Positions 17,440 through 27,078 of a stretch of 64,000 bases of DNA are shown here, piece by piece (positions within the stretch are counted from its first letter, which is position 1; the number at the start of each line of letters is the position of its first letter). The DNA is taken from NCBI GenBank assembly GCA_038883775.1, contig JAVZLM010000003.1, positions 1 through 64,000 on the forward strand, read 5' to 3'. Position numbers and translations under genes: made by a program. The notes under the pieces were generated by a model. It was not told where the DNA came from. It saw only the letters and a list, made by a program, of their open reading frames with translations, and made no database searches. The stretch comes from Candidatus Bathyarchaeia archaeon. Its GTDB lineage: Archaea; Thermoproteota; Bathyarchaeia; Bathyarchaeales; Bathycorpusculaceae.

Positions 17440-18849
17440 ATGTCAATGTTTAAAGACATACCAGTCGACGTAGGCGTAATCTACGAAGGCGAAAGAATCC
17501 GCAAAGAAGACATGTACGTGGAGCTCGGTGGACCAAAAGTCAAAGAAAAATTCGAGCTTGCAAGGGTGAAAAAACCAGAGGAAATTGAGGACGAAAAAAT
17601 AAGCATCATCGGACCAGACTTGAAAGACATGGAGGAAGGAAAAACGTATCCCTTCGGCATCCTTATCGAAGTTGCTGGTTCCACGCTTGAGCCAGAATTG
17701 GAAGGCGTAATAGAAAGACGCATCCACGCCTACTGCAACTACATTGAAGGTTTCATGCACCTAAATCAGCGCTATGATATTTGGCTTAGGCTTAACAAGA
17801 AATCCTTCCAGAAAGGCTTAAACTCATTCCAATACATCGGAAAAGTTTTACATAGACTTTTCAAAAGTGAACTACCCATAATCGAGAAGATTCAGGTAAC
17901 CTTCATAACAGCCCCAGAAAAAGTGAAAGAACTCTACAACGAAGCCATACAAATCTACGAAGCAAGAGACGCCAGAGCAAGGGGACTAAAAGACGAAGAG
18001 GTTGACAAATTTTACGGATGCATATTATGCCAATCCTTCGCTCCAACCCATGTCTGCGTAATAACGCCTCAGCGGTATTCAAACTGCGGAGCCATAAGCT
18101 GGTTTGACGGTAGGGCAGCAGCAAACATAGACCCTAAAGGACCAGTTTTCACGATTGAAAAGGGCGAACTGCTAGACCCTGTTAAGGGAGAGTTTTCAGG
18201 CGTTAACGATGCTGTGAAGAAAAAATCTTTGGGAGAAATTTCAAAGGTTTGGCTTTACACAGCCTTCGGTTATCCACACACTTCCTGCGGTTGCTTTGAA
18301 GCTGTAGCTTTCTACATTCCAGAGGTTGACGGTTTCGGAATAATTCACAGAGGTTATAGAGATATAGCTGTAAACGGTTTAGGCTTTTCGACGCTGGCGG
18401 ATTCAACGGCTGGAGGACGCCAAGTTGACGGATTCCACGGAATATCCATAGAATACATGCGCTCTCCAAAGTTTCTGCAGGCAGACGGGGGGTGGAACCG
18501 CGTTGTTTGGCTGCCAAAAGAAGTCAAGGAAAGGGTGAAAGACTTCATCCCGGCGGAACTCCTTGACAAGGTTGCCACAGAGGAAGAGGCAAAAACAATC
18601 GATGAGCTTAAAACCTTTCTAAAAGAGCGCAATCACCCAGTTGTGGAAAGATGGAAAGAAGAAATCGTGTCTGTTGAAGAAGCAGCACCGGCCGAAGTCA
18701 AGGAAGAAGCGGCTCCAATGCCAGTTGTTACGGCATCCACTTTACCAATAACTGCTGGAGGCTTCAAAATAATATTAAAAGATGCAAAAATCTACGCCAA
18801 AAAAGTCATTGTTCGTTCCATGAAAAGCGAAAAAACAGAGAAAAGGTGA
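17440..18849 (+). CDS. cdhC: ACDS beta subunit (acetyl-CoA synthase)
   Basis: YEGERIR, CILCQSFAPTH, PHTSCGCFE. Confidence 0.96.
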   Translation: MSMFKDIPVDVGVIYEGERIRKEDMYVELGGPKVKEKFELARVKKPEEIEDEKISIIGPDLKDMEEGKTYPFGILIEVAGSTLEPELEGVIERRIHAYCNYIEGFMHLNQRYDIWLRLNKKSFQKGLNSFQYIGKVLHRLFKSELPIIEKIQVTFITAPEKVKELYNEAIQIYEARDARARGLKDEEVDKFYGCILCQSFAPTHVCVITPQRYSNCGAISWFDGRAAANIDPKGPVFTIEKGELLDPVKGEFSGVNDAVKKKSLGEISKVWLYTAFGYPHTSCGCFEAVAFYIPEVDGFGIIHRGYRDIAVNGLGFSTLADSTAGGRQVDGFHGISIEYMRSPKFLQADGGWNRVVWLPKEVKERVKDFIPAELLDKVATEEEAKTIDELKTFLKERNHPVVERWKEEIVSVEEAAPAEVKEEAAPMPVVTASTLPITAGGFKIILKDAKIYAKKVIVRSMKSEKTEKR

Positions 18850-20072
18850 AAACCTTGGCGAAAAAAGAGAAAGAAGAAGTCTTAGGAATAAAACTGAGCC
18901 CCCGTTTAATAGAGCTTCTTGCCAAGCTTCAGGAAGTTGAACTTGAAGATTTTGAAATGAGTGTTGGCGACCTAGAAATTTGGATACAACCAGGCACGGT
19001 GGCAGCACCAGCCATCACAGTGCCAAAAATTGCTCCACCAGCCAAAGCCAAGCCAACAGCGATAATCGAAACGGAGTTTATACCACCCGTTGAAACTTAT
19101 TCGGGCAAGGTTGTTGAAGTTAAGCTTGGAGCCACAAAAAGCGAAGGCGGCACTCGCGGAAAATCCATAATCATCGGAGGCGAAACAACCCCAGCCTTCT
19201 ACACTTTTGAAAGACCCATGCCGCATCCGCCAGTCATAGCCATAGACGTTTTCGACATGAAAGTCCCATTACCAAAGGCTGTGAAAATGCATGTGAAAGA
19301 TGTTATGGAAGACCCAGCTGGTTGGGCTAAACTGGCTGTTGAAAAGTTTGGGGCAGACCTCTTAACTGTGCATTTGATAAGCATAGACCCTCTCATTAAG
19401 GATGCTCCGCCAAAAGAAGCAGTAAAAACCATAGAAGAGGTTGCTCAAGCCGTGGATGTGCCCCTCATAATTGGTGGTTGCGGAGACCCGGTTAAGGATG
19501 CTGATGTTTTTGAGGCTGTGGCTGAAACCTTTGCTGGAGAAAGATTCCTCATAAGCTCAATAACCAGGGACATGGACGTGGAGAGATGCGCAAAATTTGT
19601 AAAGAAATATGGGCATGTGGCATTATCCTTCACGCCCATGGATTTGAACCTTGCCAGAGAACTTAACCGCCGCCTCTATGATTTTCTGCCAAAAGAGGAC
19701 ATAGTTATGGATTTGACAACGGCGGCCCTTGGTTATGGTCTGGATTATGCGTTTACTAATATGGAGAGGGCTAGGCTTGCAGCTTTAATGGGAGACCCGG
19801 AACTAGCTCATCCTATGTCTTCTGGAACAACAAACGCTTGGGCAGCCAGAGAGGCATGGTTAGAAATGGCGCCGCAATGGGAACCAAGAGAGTTGAGAGG
19901 ACCCTTATGGGAGGTTGTTACAGCTTTGACGTTGTTGCTTACTGGCGTGGATTTGTTTATGATGATGCATCCAGCCGCCGTAAAAACCATAAAAGATATA
20001 ATTAATCAGCTGTTGAGCGGCGGTTCGGGTAATGCTGAGCGGCTTATGGACTGGGTTTCCATGAAAATTTAA
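18846..20072 (+). CDS. cdhD: ACDS delta subunit (CFeSP small subunit)
   Basis: EVKLGATKSEGGTR, TTAALGYGLDY, NAWAAREAW. Confidence 0.95.
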   Translation: MKTLAKKEKEEVLGIKLSPRLIELLAKLQEVELEDFEMSVGDLEIWIQPGTVAAPAITVPKIAPPAKAKPTAIIETEFIPPVETYSGKVVEVKLGATKSEGGTRGKSIIIGGETTPAFYTFERPMPHPPVIAIDVFDMKVPLPKAVKMHVKDVMEDPAGWAKLAVEKFGADLLTVHLISIDPLIKDAPPKEAVKTIEEVAQAVDVPLIIGGCGDPVKDADVFEAVAETFAGERFLISSITRDMDVERCAKFVKKYGHVALSFTPMDLNLARELNRRLYDFLPKEDIVMDLTTAALGYGLDYAFTNMERARLAALMGDPELAHPMSSGTTNAWAAREAWLEMAPQWEPRELRGPLWEVVTALTLLLTGVDLFMMMHPAAVKTIKDIINQLLSGGSGNAERLMDWVSMKI

Positions 20073-20090
20073 ACTGGAGCAGATGAGCAG

Positions 20091-21530
20091 ATGAGTGAAA
20101 GGGAAATTAAGGGAAAAGTTGGCATTAGAGAGCTAAGCCCAATAGACGTTTACAAGCTTCTTCCAAAAATCAACTGTAAGGAATGCGGCGAAGAAAACTG
20201 TATGGCTTTCGCAACAAAGGTTGTCAACCGTGAAGTAACCATTGAAAAGTGTCCACCACTTTTAACGAAGGAGTATGAAAAGGCTTACCGACAGCTAAAA
20301 GAAATGCTGAAACCAGCAATAAAAGAAATCGTCATAGGCACCGGCGACAAAGCCATAAAAATTGGCGGAAAACTTGTCATGTACCGCCACGAATTCACAT
20401 ATTTCAACCCAACAGCCATAGCCATAGACGTAACCGACGAAATGTCTGAAGAAGAAATATTAGAGAGAATCAAGAAGACAGAAGATTTTAGCTTCGAATA
20501 CATTGGGCAAACATTAAAACTTGACATGATAGCTATACGCTCAACATCAAATAACCCGGAAAAATTTAAGGCAACTGTTAAGAAAGTGGCTGAAAACACA
20601 CGCTTACCATTAATATTATGTTCATTAAACCCAAAAGTTCTCGAAGCGGGATTAGAGGCTATTCCAAAATCGAAACCGCTCTTGTATGCAGCAACAAAAG
20701 AGAACTGGAGGGATATGGCTGAAATAGCCATCACATACCAGTGTCCACTAACGGTTTTTGCCCCAGGCGATTTGAAACTGCTTAAGTCATTAACGAAAAC
20801 CCTTCTTGCGTATGGTGTTGAAGACTTGGTTTTGGACCCCGGCACTTTCCAAGGCGAGGGTTTAGCGGATACGTTTAACAATTTTGTCATGATTCGAAGA
20901 GCCGCATGCAAGAGAGGCGATGAACTTTTAGGCTTTCCTTTAATGGGTGTGCCCATGATTGCTTGGATAGAAAAGGGTGAGTCTCCAGAGGAGATTGCCA
21001 AGTGGAGAGAAGCCTATCTGGCAGCAATGCTAATTGTCCGCTTTGCGGACATTATAATAATGCATAATGTGGATGGTTGGGCGCTTCTTCCGCCAGTAAT
21101 ACTACGCCAAAACATTTACACAGACCCAAGAAAACCAGTGGCTGTGGAGCCAGGCTTAAAAGTTTTTGGAACGCCAGACGAAAACTCGCCAGTAATGTTC
21201 ACAACAAACTTCGCCCTAACATACTATACAGTAGCTTCAGACATCGAAAATGCAAAAATAAACACATATTTACTTGTAGTGGACACGGAGGGAATAGCCG
21301 TAGACAGCGCCGTAGCCGGACGCAAACTAACAGCAGAGAAAGTCGCTGAAGCAATAAAAACTTCAGGAATAGAAGGTAAGGTTAAACATAGAAAACTCAT
21401 AATTCCAGGAAAGGCAGCCCGCATAAGCGGAGAAATAGAAGAGCTAAGCGGATGGCAAGTCTTAGTTGGACCACGCGACTCATCCGACATACCAAAATTC
21501 CTCCAAGAAAAATGGCAAACAAAAACCTGA
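20091..21530 (+). CDS. cdhE: ACDS gamma subunit (CFeSP large subunit)
   Basis: LPKINCKECGEENCMAFA, RQNIYTDP, TTNFALTYY, VGPRDS. Confidence 0.96.
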   Translation: MSEREIKGKVGIRELSPIDVYKLLPKINCKECGEENCMAFATKVVNREVTIEKCPPLLTKEYEKAYRQLKEMLKPAIKEIVIGTGDKAIKIGGKLVMYRHEFTYFNPTAIAIDVTDEMSEEEILERIKKTEDFSFEYIGQTLKLDMIAIRSTSNNPEKFKATVKKVAENTRLPLILCSLNPKVLEAGLEAIPKSKPLLYAATKENWRDMAEIAITYQCPLTVFAPGDLKLLKSLTKTLLAYGVEDLVLDPGTFQGEGLADTFNNFVMIRRAACKRGDELLGFPLMGVPMIAWIEKGESPEEIAKWREAYLAAMLIVRFADIIIMHNVDGWALLPPVILRQNIYTDPRKPVAVEPGLKVFGTPDENSPVMFTTNFALTYYTVASDIENAKINTYLLVVDTEGIAVDSAVAGRKLTAEKVAEAIKTSGIEGKVKHRKLIIPGKAARISGEIEELSGWQVLVGPRDSSDIPKFLQEKWQTKT

Positions 21531-21553
21531 CAGTATTTTTTACTTCTTACATT

Positions 21554-22480
21554 TTAAAGGATTAGTTGAGTTATTATTAGAACCGCGATGAGTATTGGCA
21601 GTATTTTCAGTGCTTTCTTGTTGAATTTTTGGGCTTCTTCTGTTTTCTTTGCATCTACAAGTTTCATGATGTAAACAGACGCTGAGAGATTATAGAGGAA
21701 AACTGCGTATATGGCTAGCATCATTCTATCAGCTAAAGTAAGATAGCCTACTGGAGGTATGCCACTGAGCAGTGCCAAATGGAAAGCCGTTGCAGACATT
21801 AGAGTTGTGACGCCTAAGCCTATTCTTTGAGCAAAGTTTTGAGGCGATATGGCAAAAGCAAGCAAGGATATCATGGTTATAACAGAAACAGGTAAGACGC
21901 TTTTAATGAATGAAGAAATTGTAGGGCGTTTTAATGTGATGCTAAACACAAATCTAGAATATACTTCATCAATGTATGAATGCTCCATTGTGCTTGCCTC
22001 GAAATCTCCAATCTCCCATCCTGCCACATTTACGGCTTCGTCAACGGTTGACGTTGGGTCTGCTTCAAAGACTAAGAAAGAGGCGTTAAGATTTTTGTGT
22101 TCTATTTCTATTGTCAGCTCATGAGTTTCATATGGGTATCGAGAGAAATCGAAGGTTTTTATAAAATCTCCTCTAACACGGTATTCCAAATATCCCAACG
22201 TTTCGTTTACCTTGACTTCATATTTTGTGGGAAATCCGTTAACAAACTCAAACTCCTTCACATCGTCCAAACTTATTTCAGAAGGATTAAACCAGAACCA
22301 TAGATAGAAGTCTAACCGATAACTGCTCGCAGCCAAATCCACTTTTTCCACATTTACAATCAAAACTCCAACTGTAACACTTGTAGAGTTGCTTGATGAA
22401 CTTGCGGTTTTTACATTACGCATTAAAATTGAAAATAGGGCTAACGTTACCAATAATAGGAATATTCGCCAACTTTTCAT
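21554..22480 (-). CDS. Pentameric ligand-gated ion channel (Pro-loop receptor) homologue
   Basis: Signal peptide, DFYLWFW, DFSRYPYETHELTIEIE (Pro-loop), GWEI, LKR, four TM helices with RIGLGVTTL and PPVGYLTLAD. Confidence 0.85.
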   Translation of the reverse strand: MKSWRIFLLLVTLALFSILMRNVKTASSSSNSTSVTVGVLIVNVEKVDLAASSYRLDFYLWFWFNPSEISLDDVKEFEFVNGFPTKYEVKVNETLGYLEYRVRGDFIKTFDFSRYPYETHELTIEIEHKNLNASFLVFEADPTSTVDEAVNVAGWEIGDFEASTMEHSYIDEVYSRFVFSITLKRPTISSFIKSVLPVSVITMISLLAFAISPQNFAQRIGLGVTTLMSATAFHLALLSGIPPVGYLTLADRMMLAIYAVFLYNLSASVYIMKLVDAKKTEEAQKFNKKALKILPILIAVLIITQLIL

Positions 22481-22719
22481 GTATTTCACCTGCAAAGCAG
22501 AAGGCTGTTCTGCCTCATAAACCAGTTTATTATATAAAAATTTCGAGTATTCTGTAACCTTACAATTCATCTAAGTCAGGGACTCTGCAAAATCAAGAAC
22601 TTTTGACAATAATAATTCTTGGGCAGTCGCTGTTCAGGAGTACGCTGTTCTGAATTTTTGGAAAATCTAGAGGGGAAGGGTCGCTATTGGCTGTTTTCAC
22701 AACCAAAATTATGGAGGAA

Positions 22720-23208
22720 TTATGGAGGAACCATTTGCGGTCTGTAAAGTATCAAATATTTCTCGGTTGTTGGGAGTATTGCCTTAACCCTTTCGTGGCG
22801 TTTTTTGTTGTTTATGCTATGCTCCAGCATTGTAAAGCTTCTGGGTGTGCTGAAACTTTCTATTTCGCCATTTTCTCTTTTCCGTGTTATCTTTATGCAA
22901 TCATCCACTATGCAGCTTAAGACGCAGGCGCCACAATATATGCAAAGCTCTTCTATGAACCCAACCTCCCCCGCTTTCCAGTATAAAGCGTTTGTTGGAC
23001 AAGCTTTTATGCAAAGTTTGCATTCAACGCCTTCGCAGATTCTCTTGTTAATTGTTATTTTTCCTTCAACGAAAAACTCTTTTACGCCCAGCGGCGCCAA
23101 AAGCGCTTCTCTACGCTTCTTTTTCTCTTTTTGAGCGGTTTCCGTTAAAATTTGGAATATGTCAAAGCTTGAAGGCTTAGCGAAATTGCGTTTTTTATGC
23201 ATTGGCAT
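22720..23208 (-). CDS. 4Fe-4S dicluster ferredoxin-domain protein
   Basis: CEGVECKLCIKACP and CIYCGACVLSC. Confidence 0.85.
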   Translation of the reverse strand: MPMHKKRNFAKPSSFDIFQILTETAQKEKKKRREALLAPLGVKEFFVEGKITINKRICEGVECKLCIKACPTNALYWKAGEVGFIEELCIYCGACVLSCIVDDCIKITRKRENGEIESFSTPRSFTMLEHSINNKKRHERVKAILPTTEKYLILYRPQMVPP

Positions 23209-23348
23209 CCTCTTTCTTAATTCATTAAGGATTTAACTGGTATAATGCTCATGGATTATAATTACTTATCCCAAATATGAATTAAAAATGCTTCAAACTC
23301 CAAATTTATAACTAACCTTTATTTTATTAGTTGCTGGTTGAATGTGAA

Positions 23349-23534
23349 ATGTGCGAGTTTAACGTAATCCTAGACGGAAAAACAGTCTACAAAGACGTAA
23401 TCCACGCCAAAACAGAAAGCAACAACGTAATAGTCAAAGACGTTCTTGGAAAATCTAAAGAGTTCAAAAACTGCAGAATCGTAGAGGTTGACGTGAACAC
23501 AACCCGCCTAATCCTATCAACGATGAAAGGTTAG
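23349..23534 (+). CDS. CooT-family small Ni-binding protein
   Basis: N-terminal MCE motif, ~61 aa beta-rich, near the CODH cluster. Confidence 0.65.
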   Translation: MCEFNVILDGKTVYKDVIHAKTESNNVIVKDVLGKSKEFKNCRIVEVDVNTTRLILSTMKG

Positions 23535-24355
23535 AATCCAAATAGCGAAACAAGAAAGCCAGCTGTCAAACCCAAAAATATCGGAAAAGGCAGTCCAGGA
23601 AACATACCACGCTTCTCCAACATTTTAAAAGCTAAAAGGCATCCGGCTAAAATGCCAATCAAAGAAGCTAAGCATGGAAGGAAGCCAAAGTAAAGGAGCA
23701 TATGTCCAGAGAGCATAGAATAAAATGTTAGATCACCCAACCCCATTTGGATATCCTTAAAAGAGAAACTTAAACCCCGAAGCTGTTCTAAGCCACTATG
23801 GGCTATTTTTCCAACAGGTCCGTGATAAACGGCAAAGGCATCATAAACCGCCAAGAAAATCAGAATCAAAAAAGCGCTTAAAGTTGGAACCGTGAACCCC
23901 AAAAAAGAGCCTAAACCTCCTCCCAAACAAAGGATCATTACATTGCAGAGTTCGCTTCTTGTTCTAAAAATTATTAGGTCAGCCATCGCTGTTATGAAAA
24001 TGGATAAAGACAAAATCAAAATTTCCATGTGTGGAGCAACAAAAATGGAGAAGGCAGCGCTTAAATAGACGATTGAAAGCAGAAAAACAGCCATCGTCAA
24101 AGCGAAACCAACAATCAATTTTATTAACCTATGATTTCTCTTCTTCAAAAGCAAATACAATATCGATGCGCCTAAACCCACAAGAATGACAAAATATAAG
24201 GCATTACCAACAGACCCGACGCCCTCAGAAAAGGGGGTTATTTCATAAGTTTCCATGGAAGATGCTGAAATCAGGAAAGCGCAAAAAACTCCAAATAATA
24301 AGCTTGCCAAGATAGGCGTCAAACGTATAATCCCCAAATCAGGTTTGTCCTTCAA
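23531..24355 (-). CDS. Presenilin-like GxGD intramembrane aspartyl protease
   Basis: Multi-TM; YDAFAV, MGLGD, PGLP. Confidence 0.85.
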   Translation of the reverse strand: MKDKPDLGIIRLTPILASLLFGVFCAFLISASSMETYEITPFSEGVGSVGNALYFVILVGLGASILYLLLKKRNHRLIKLIVGFALTMAVFLLSIVYLSAAFSIFVAPHMEILILSLSIFITAMADLIIFRTRSELCNVMILCLGGGLGSFLGFTVPTLSAFLILIFLAVYDAFAVYHGPVGKIAHSGLEQLRGLSFSFKDIQMGLGDLTFYSMLSGHMLLYFGFLPCLASLIGILAGCLLAFKMLEKRGMFPGLPFPIFLGLTAGFLVSLFGF

Positions 24356-24360
24356 GGCTC

Positions 24361-24912
24361 CTACCCTAACTTTTCAATAACTTTTTCAACTTTCAAGTAG
24401 CATTTGTTACAGAATAAACTTTGCTTTCTATCCGTGTCGAATATAGAATTGGAGAAAAACATAACGCAAAAAGGATTAGAACAATGCCTCAAACCTAAAG
24501 CGTGTCCAAGCTCATGCACCGCTTCTTTTGTGCTTCTCTCCAGAAAAAGCTCCATGTTTGGACGCTCACCATAAAATTCTGGCTTAAGTCTCCACAAAGA
24601 TATTAATGCTGCTTTTCCTAGGCATTCTGCCTCTCCAAAAACAAAGTTTAACCCCGGAACGAAGATGTCAACATCCACAATCCCAAGAACCCGATGTAAG
24701 GCTTCCTCTTTTTCCGTATACTCTCGAACCTTGCTTAATATGGCACTGGAAAAATACTGATTTCTTGTTTTATCGAAGGTTTCTTCTGGAATTGGCAACC
24801 TTTTAGGGATAACTACACATGTGGTTTTTGGAAAAATCATTCTCAAGTTTTCCTGAATTCTTTGGATTATATTGGAATTTATTTTTCCAATTTGCAATAT
24901 TCCAATTTTCAT
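24361..24912 (-). CDS. amzA: Archaemetzincin Zn protease
   Basis: NFVFGEA, HELGHALGLRHC..PFCVM, FCNKC. Confidence 0.9.
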   Translation of the reverse strand: MKIGILQIGKINSNIIQRIQENLRMIFPKTTCVVIPKRLPIPEETFDKTRNQYFSSAILSKVREYTEKEEALHRVLGIVDVDIFVPGLNFVFGEAECLGKAALISLWRLKPEFYGERPNMELFLERSTKEAVHELGHALGLRHCSNPFCVMFFSNSIFDTDRKQSLFCNKCYLKVEKVIEKLG

Positions 24913-24921
24913 GCTTTCACT

Positions 24922-26196
24922 TTAAACTTCAAATACATCGCCAGCCCTTGGGGCGAAAGCTTCTAACCCTAATTCATTTCTTACCCATTTTGCAAACAAT
25001 TCGCAGTTTCCCTCCGCCCCGTGAACCACGTAAACCTTGGGGTTTCCGCCGAGATTTTTAACTGCATCTTTAAGTTGGCTTGCACCGCAATGGGATGAAA
25101 AATCAAAATGCTCAACCCGTGCCTTAACCTTCCTAATTTTTCCATCAATAAGACAGACGCCCTTTTCCAGTAATTCTCTTCCGGGCGTTCCAGGAATCTG
25201 ATAACTAACCAAAAATATGGCGTTATGCGCCTTCTTCCCAATTTTTGAAGTGTAAAAAACTGCTGGACCACCCTTAAGCATCCCCGCCGGCGAAATTATC
25301 ACACCAGGCGTTTTAATTGCCTTTCTTCGGTCTCGCCAACCTTCAACCCACTCCACAGAGTGCATGGCATCCATGAAAAGTTTTGGATCTTTGAGGAAGT
25401 CCCTATAGTTCATTAGTATTCGGCTTGCTTCCCGTGCCATCCCATCCATTGTCACGGGATACTCAAAATGGTGTGCAGCTAAAACGCATGCAATTTCTTG
25501 GGACCTTCCAACGCCAAAGGCTGGAACTAGAACAGAACCGCCTCTTTCAACAACATCCGTCACTTCTTCCACAAAGCGTTTCTCTAGTTCTAAGCGTTCT
25601 GTATGGTCTTCGTCTGCATAAGTGCTTTCAATTATTACAGCATCTAAGTTGCCATACTCCATTTTTGCCCCTTTCAGAAGCCTTGTGTCAACAGTGTTGA
25701 AGTCTCCAGTGTAAAGAACCCGTTTTCCCTCAGCCTCAATCAGTATTTGGGCGCTTCCTGGAATGTGTCCAGCGCTGAAAAGTTGAAACTTCATATCGCC
25801 AATTTTTTCTTCGACGCCGAAATCCATATCCTTGTTGCTTCTCATCATGGATTTCAGTTCAAGATATTCGTAGGGTAAATAGTAACTGGAAAGGTGGATA
25901 AAATCGGAAATTAGTATTTGTGTTAGCTCCAAATTCAGCCTTGTAGTGTATAGGGGCTTTTTTCCGTGAATGTAAAATATTGGAACCGCCCCAGAATGGT
26001 CCAGATGGCTGTGGGTTAAGATTAGTGCGTCCACATCTTTTGGGGGTACATGCATTGGGAAGCCTGGTTCATGGTTTAACATGACGCCGTAATCAAGCAA
26101 AACCTGCGTCTTTTCGGTTTTCACTGAGATGGCTATTCTACCCACTTCTTGGGTTCCGCCTAGAAAGCCAATTTTTAATGAACTCATGCTTTTCAA
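24922..26196 (-). CDS. beta-CASP metallo-beta-lactamase ribonuclease (aCPSF2-like)
   Basis: THSHLDHSG, AGHIPGS, ESTY, GRSQE, FSSH, VVHG. Confidence 0.9.
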   Translation of the reverse strand: MKSMSSLKIGFLGGTQEVGRIAISVKTEKTQVLLDYGVMLNHEPGFPMHVPPKDVDALILTHSHLDHSGAVPIFYIHGKKPLYTTRLNLELTQILISDFIHLSSYYLPYEYLELKSMMRSNKDMDFGVEEKIGDMKFQLFSAGHIPGSAQILIEAEGKRVLYTGDFNTVDTRLLKGAKMEYGNLDAVIIESTYADEDHTERLELEKRFVEEVTDVVERGGSVLVPAFGVGRSQEIACVLAAHHFEYPVTMDGMAREASRILMNYRDFLKDPKLFMDAMHSVEWVEGWRDRRKAIKTPGVIISPAGMLKGGPAVFYTSKIGKKAHNAIFLVSYQIPGTPGRELLEKGVCLIDGKIRKVKARVEHFDFSSHCGASQLKDAVKNLGGNPKVYVVHGAEGNCELFAKWVRNELGLEAFAPRAGDVFEV

Positions 26197-26228
26197 CCGC
26201 TAACGCAGTAATCATGCTCTTTGCTATT

Positions 26229-26834
26229 TTAAAAATGTATTGACTTCCCGGCTGAAAAAACCCTGACAAGTCCATTTTTTATAGCTTTCAAAATCTCATC
26301 AACATCGGAGGAAGCTTGAACCTGAGTGTAAACGCTCCACAACTCATTAACATTATGGGCATCGCTACCAGCAACACCCGGCAAACCCATCTCCTTAGCC
26401 AAGTTTTCAGCCATTCTGTTAAGTTGGGTTGATAAAGTGCCGTTTAAAACTTCAACGGCATCAACATGGTAATTTCTGGTTAAGTCACCTAGACCACGAG
26501 CTCTGTAGGGATGGGCGGCAATGGTTAATGCTTTTCTTTCACTTGCAAAATCAATAATACTTTCAACAGTCCAGGGCTTTGGTGGCAATTCTACAACGCC
26601 TAGAACTATTAGGTCACCATGAATGGTGCTTACTTCAACTCCGGGAATTATTAGAATATCTTCGTAGGCACGAGCCAGTTCTCGGGCTTTATAGTACCCA
26701 TTAACTGTGTTATGGTCCGTTATCGCAACAGCTTTTATGTAGGGATGTGCGTGGAGCTCGTCTACTATAATTTTTGGTGAGATCGACGCGTCGGGTGAAT
26801 AGTTTGTGTGGGTGTGCAAATCAACGCGAATCAA
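26229..26834 (-). CDS. PHP-domain metallophosphoesterase
   Basis: DLHTHT, AITDHN, PGVE, AAHP, GSDAH. Confidence 0.88.
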   Translation of the reverse strand: MIRVDLHTHTNYSPDASISPKIIVDELHAHPYIKAVAITDHNTVNGYYKARELARAYEDILIIPGVEVSTIHGDLIVLGVVELPPKPWTVESIIDFASERKALTIAAHPYRARGLGDLTRNYHVDAVEVLNGTLSTQLNRMAENLAKEMGLPGVAGSDAHNVNELWSVYTQVQASSDVDEILKAIKNGLVRVFSAGKSIHF

Positions 26835-27078
26835 GACTTAATCGACTCAAGGTTTATGATGTTGAGTTGTCTGGTTAAAGTGTTTTTGGCTTCCGTTTTC
26901 TGTTTATAAATTGTCAACGCGCTTAAAATTGTTCAATGCTCTAACATTTCTTTTTTGGAATTTTTGGGCGCATGAAAAATTGTTTCATAAAGTATAAATA
27001 GAAGGTGCATTAATCAACGAATTGCGCTGAGTCTTTTTAGTTGGACGATGAATGCATATTGGTTGAGAGGAGAAAATT

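Noticed and set aside
22707-22728. 11-bp tandem duplication AATTATGGAGG
   Set aside because: Only two copies at a gene end; likely replication slippage.
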